From an uncultured Gemmatimonadaceae bacterium (lineage in GTDB: Bacteria > Gemmatimonadota > Gemmatimonadetes > Gemmatimonadales > Gemmatimonadaceae): a DNA stretch of 64,000 nucleotides. The notes under the pieces are model-generated. The model was not told the origin of the DNA. It saw only the letters and a list, made by a program, of their open reading frames with translations, and made no database searches. The position numbers were made by a program, and so were the translations under genes. The stretch lies in the NCBI GenBank assembly GCA_963829055.1, contig CAWHHI010000006.1, positions 1 to 64,000 on the forward strand. Reading direction: 5' to 3'. Positions 59,632 to 64,000 of this stretch are shown here, piece after piece. Numbering within the stretch: the stretch's first letter is position 1; each line of letters starts with the position of its first letter.

Positions 59632-61722
59632 ATGCGCCGACTCGCTCTCGTTTCGCTCATCCTCGCGACTGGGCTCGATGCCCGCGCTCAGGCTACCGCT
59701 CAGGCTCCAACCGATCGCCGCGGCATCACCGCGGAGGACTACTTCGGGTTCGTGTTCGCGGCGGATCCGCGGCTGTCGCCGGACGGGAGTCAGGTCGTCT
59801 ACGTGTCGTCGCGCGTCGACCGCGCGCGGAATCGCCGCGTGCCATCCATCTGGATCGTCCCGACCGACGGCAACGCGCCGCCGCGAATGATCGTCGACGA
59901 GGCGTTTTCAGCGAGTGCGCCTCGCTGGTCGCCGGACGGGAAGACGATCGCGTTCACGTCGGGGCGCGTCATCGCCGACAGCACCGGCACGACGGGAACG
60001 CAGCAACCTGCACCGGGACGCGCGCAGCTCTGGACCGTCGCCGCAGGCGGCGGCGCGCCACGACGGATCACGAATGTCGCGAACGGCGTGTCGGGCTGCT
60101 CCTGGTCGCCTAACGGCGCGCAGTTCGTCTGCCTCGCGCGAACCGGACCGAGCGACACGCTCAACACGGGACCCGAGCGCAGCGACGTGCGGCACTACAC
60201 GAGCCTCACGTACAAGTTCAACGATACGGGTTGGTACGACGACAAGCGCTCGCATCTCTGGATCATCGACGCCAGCAGCGGTGCGGCCCGTCAGATCACG
60301 AGCGGCGATTCGTGGAACGACACGGACGCGCAGTGGTCGCCGGACGGGTCGCGCATCGCGTTCGTCTCGGACCGTACCGGCATGGAGTTCGACGAGGGGC
60401 ACAACAGCGACATCTGGACGATCCCGGCTTCCGGCGGGAGCCTGACGAAGATCACGCCGAGCAAGGAGCGTGATACGTCGCCGGTGTGGTCGCCTGACGG
60501 GAAGTCGATCGCGTTCGTGAGCGCGGAGGACGAGGACGCGCCGCCGCAGCTCTACATCACCGAGAGCAGTGGCACTGGAACGCCTCGGCTCGCGGCCAAG
60601 TCGCTCGACCTGCTGCCCGGCAATCTGCAGTGGGCCGAGAACGGTCGCGCGCTCTACTTCGACACGGGCGTCAAGGGTGAGCTGCACGTCTTTCGCGTTG
60701 ACGTCGCCACCGGGGCGCGTCCGTCAGGTGACGACCGGCGCGCGCGGCGTTCGTGCCTCGGACGTGAGCCCGACGTTAGGCAGGATGGTCTACCTCGCCA
60801 ACGACTTTCAGCATCTCGACGACGTCTACTCGGCCACGCTCGACGGGAAGGGCGAGCGGAAGCTCACGGACGTGAACGCGGCGCTCTGGAAGACGCTCGA
60901 CGCTCGCGCCGGTGCAGCGCATGACGTTCAAGGGCGCTGACGGCTGGGACGTCGACGGCTTTCTCGTCAAGCCGTTAGGCTGGACCGCCGGCACGAAGTA
61001 CCCGATGATCCTGAGCATTCACGGCGGGCCGTCCGGCCAGTACGGCGTGGACTGGTATCACGAGTTCCAGGTCTACGCCGCGAAGGGGTATGCCGTGTTC
61101 TTCACGAACCCGCGCGGCTCGACCGGCTACGGGCGGAAGTTCCAGCGCGGCATCGAGCTGCAGTGGGGCGGCAACGACTACATCGACATCATGAACGGCG
61201 TGCGCGCGGTCGACCGCCGCGAACCCGTGGATCGACACGACGCGCCTTGGCGTCACCGGTGGCAGCTACGGCGGCTACATGACGAACTGGATCGTCGGCC
61301 ACACGGGGCTGTTCAAGGCGGCGGTGACGCTGCGCTCGATCTCGAACTTCATCAGCGACGACGGCACCCGTGACGGCGCGTACGGCCACAAGGGCGATTT
61401 CGGGGGAGACATCTTCCAGAAGTACGATCTCTTCTGGGATCGCTCGCCGCTCAAGTACGTGCAGAACGTGACGACGCCGATTCTCGTGCTGCACTCCGAC
61501 AACGACTATCGCGTGCCGATCGAGCAGGGCGAGCAGTGGTTCCGCGCGCTGAAGCATTTCGGGAAGACGGCGGAGATCGTGTTCTTCCCGCGCGAGAATC
61601 ACAATCTGACGCGGACGGGCGAGCCGCGGCACATCGTGGAGAGCATGAACTGGCAGCTGTATTGGTTCGATCGATACTTGTTAGGCAATGCCAACGCGGT
61701 GGCGCCGGATCACCGTAAGTAG
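59632..61722 (+). CDS. S9-family (dipeptidyl aminopeptidase/acylaminoacyl) peptidase, secreted (frameshifted)
   Basis: Signal peptide, WSPDG repeats, IHGGP, NPRGSTGYG, GGSYGG, HSDNDYRVP, PRENH. Confidence 0.93.
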
Positions 61723-61744
61723 ATCTGCGCGGACCGTGCGGCTC

Positions 61745-62084
61745 GGATCATCGCGCCGGGGTCGGTGAGAACTACGATTGGGCGGATCTGTACGGCGAAA
61801 CTACCGGATACGGCTTTGCATTCAGGCATCATCGCGCCGCGGCCTGGGGAACGGCGATCTCGCGGATGACGCGGAAGAAGCAGGATAGCGCTCCGAGGTC
61901 GGCTCCGCTCGCCACGAGCCGGGATTTCTTGGGAACGGCCGCTCGGGAGACTCACTGCGTCCCGAGCGGCCGTTCCCATTTTCTAAGAGTCCGGCGAGAG
62001 CCAGCGTCAGTGCAAAGCCGTATCCGGCCGTTTTGCAGTTCATCCGCCCAATCGTCGTTCCCACCGGCCCCGGCGCGATGATCC
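61745..62084. repeat. 340-bp element with ~75-bp terminal inverted repeats and internal hairpin
   Basis: 61745-61820 vs reverse complement of 62011-62084: 40/43 then 17/17 identity around a diverged 14-16 nt block. Confidence 0.85.
61930..61983. terminator. probable bidirectional terminator
   Basis: TGGGAACGGCCGCTCGGGA...TCCCGAGCGGCCGTTCCCA + TTTT, between convergent S9 peptidase and kup. Confidence 0.7.
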
Positions 62085-62091
62085 AGACAGG

Positions 62092-64000
62092 CTAGAGCTC
62101 GATCTCCGCGCCCATCTCCACTACTCGGTTCGGCGGAATCCTGAAGTAGCGCGTCGCTCGGCGGGCGTTGCGCGCCATGCGTGCGAACAATCGCTCTCTC
62201 CATATCGCCATCCCCGGACGGTCCGTCGCCAGCAGCGTCTCGCGGCCCACGAAGAACGTCGTCGTCGCCAGGTCGATGTCCAATCCCTTTCGCGCGGCAG
62301 CGTTCGCACCACGCCAAGGATCTCCGGATCCTCGGCGAAGCCGTGCCGCGCCGTGACGCGATAGACGTTAGGCGAGAGCGTCTCGATCATCACGCGATCG
62401 TCCGCCGCGACGTAGGCGTACGCTTCCGTGAACATCGCCAGGAACACGATACGCTCGTGCAGCACCTTGTTGTGCTGCAGGTTGAGCACGAGCGCGTGCG
62501 GCACGAGGTTCGGATCGCGCGTCAGGTAGACCGCCGTTCCGGGCACGCGCATCGGCGCTGCACGTCTCGATGCGCTTCGGCAGCTCGGCCGTCGACAGCG
62601 CCGACTCGGACAGACGCTCGGCGAGAATCGCGCGCCCGCGCTTCCACGTCGTCATGATCGTGAATACCACCGCCGCGATCACGAGCGGGAACCAGCCGCC
62701 GCTCGGAATCTTCGTCACGCCCGCGGTCCAGAAGCCGAGGTCCATGACGAGAAATGCCGCCGCCAGCGCGACGGTGGCCGGGATGACTCCAGTTCCAGCG
62801 CGTACGCGCCACGACGGCGAACAGGATCGTCGTGAACACCATGTCGGTCGTCACCGCCACACCGTACGCCGCCGCCAGGTTGCTCGACGAACGGAAGCCC
62901 GACGACGAGACCGACGCACGCGATCATCAGCAGCCAGTTGAGCCCGGGGATGTAGATCTGGCCGATGTGCGTCGACGACGTGTGCTCGATGTCCACGCGA
63001 GGCAGATAGCCGAGCTGCACTGCCTGACGAGTGAGCGAGAACGCGCCGGAGATCACGGCCTGCGACGCGATCACCGTTGCGAAGCGTCGTGAGAACGACG
63101 AGCGGGATCAGCGCCCACTCCGGCGCCAGCTGAAAGAACGGATGCTCGGCCGCTCTGGGATCGGCGATGACGAGCGCGCCCTGGCCGAAGTAGTTGATCA
63201 GCAGCGCCGGCAGCACGAGCACGAACCACGCGAAGCGGATCGGTCGCTTGCCGAAGTGGCCCATGTCCGCGTAGAGCGCCTCGCCTCCGGTCACCGCGAG
63301 GAACACGGAGCCGAGCACGAGGAAGCCGGCGACGCCGTTGCGCGCGAAGAATCTCACGGCGTGCAGTGGATTCACCGCCGTCAGCACGGACGGGTGCGCG
63401 ATGATGTGCGTCACCCCTAACGCCGCGAGCACGAGCGAACCACAGCAGCATCACCGGCCCGAAGATCGACCCGATGCGCGCCGTCCCGCGACTCTGCACG
63501 GCGAAGAGCACGATCAGAATCGCGATCGTGATCGGGACGATGTACGGCCGAAACACCGGCGTGGCGACCTCGAGCCCTTCGACGGCGCTCAGTACGGAGA
63601 TGGCCGGCGTGATCATCCCGTCGCCGTAGAGCAGCGACGCACCGAACAGCCCGATCAGGACGAACGACGCTCGGCGTCCCGACGGTTTGTCGCGCGGCGG
63701 CGAGACGAGCGCCGTGAGCGCGATCATGCCGCCTTCGCCGCAGTTGTCCGCGCGCATGACGAACGCGAGGTACTTGACGGAGATGACGAGGATGAGCGCC
63801 CAGACGATGAGCGACAGCAGCCCGAGCACGTTCTCGGGCGTCGGCGTCAGCCCGTGCTTCCCGTGAAGCGACTCACGGAGCGCGTAGATGGGGCTCGTGC
63901 CAATGTCGCCGTAGACGACGCCAAGCGCGGCGAGTGACAGTCCGGCGAGCGCCTGCCCGCTGGGCTTCTCGTCAGGCGCGTGGTGATTGGGGTCGTGGCT
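62092..64000 (-). CDS. kup: potassium transporter Kup (KUP/HAK/KT); start beyond window; frameshifted
   Basis: [80 protein letters not shown]. Confidence 0.96.

Noticed and set aside
61830..62000. c-di-AMP riboswitch linked to kup
   Set aside because: Region is downstream of kup, not in its 5' UTR, and I could not match the consensus

Overview
High-GC bacterial window in three parts. Single-base indels split many genes and are most likely long-read errors. (1) 1-10091 is the decayed right end of an integrative element at the 3' end of a tRNA-Gly(CCC). It holds an IS701, a collagen-like secreted protein, a stand-alone OLD-like ATPase-TOPRIM nuclease, a type I R-M operon collapsed into one HsdM/HsdS/HsdR chimera, a P4/D5 primase-family gene missing its helicase core, an excisionase and a broken tyrosine integrase. 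(2) About 10100-53100 is a housekeeping backbone whose gene content looks Acidobacteriota (Vicinamibacterales)-like (inference): pmm, NDP-sugar synthase, pgsA, bamD, rpe, rsmB, fmt, def, aroC, a sigma54 activator, peptide ABC permeases, ECF sigma/anti-sigma, an S55 peptidase, an aroDE-trpEGDCFBA-CM-aroF-tyrA super-operon, scoAB, thiolase, pepA, amidase and a 5'-truncated ftsK. The super-operon is preceded by an unannotated 37-aa leader peptide (..F..F..F..YWWWY) with a complete antiterminator/terminator attenuator; this is the strongest find. (3) About 53120-64000 follows an abrupt break in ftsK, possibly a chimeric join. It contains a PAS-LuxR regulator, a STAND-TPR-BTAD regulator with nearby 11-bp-phased TAAG boxes, a PRC/DUF2382 protein, an S9 peptidase, a 340-bp element bounded by ~75-bp inverted repeats, and kup.
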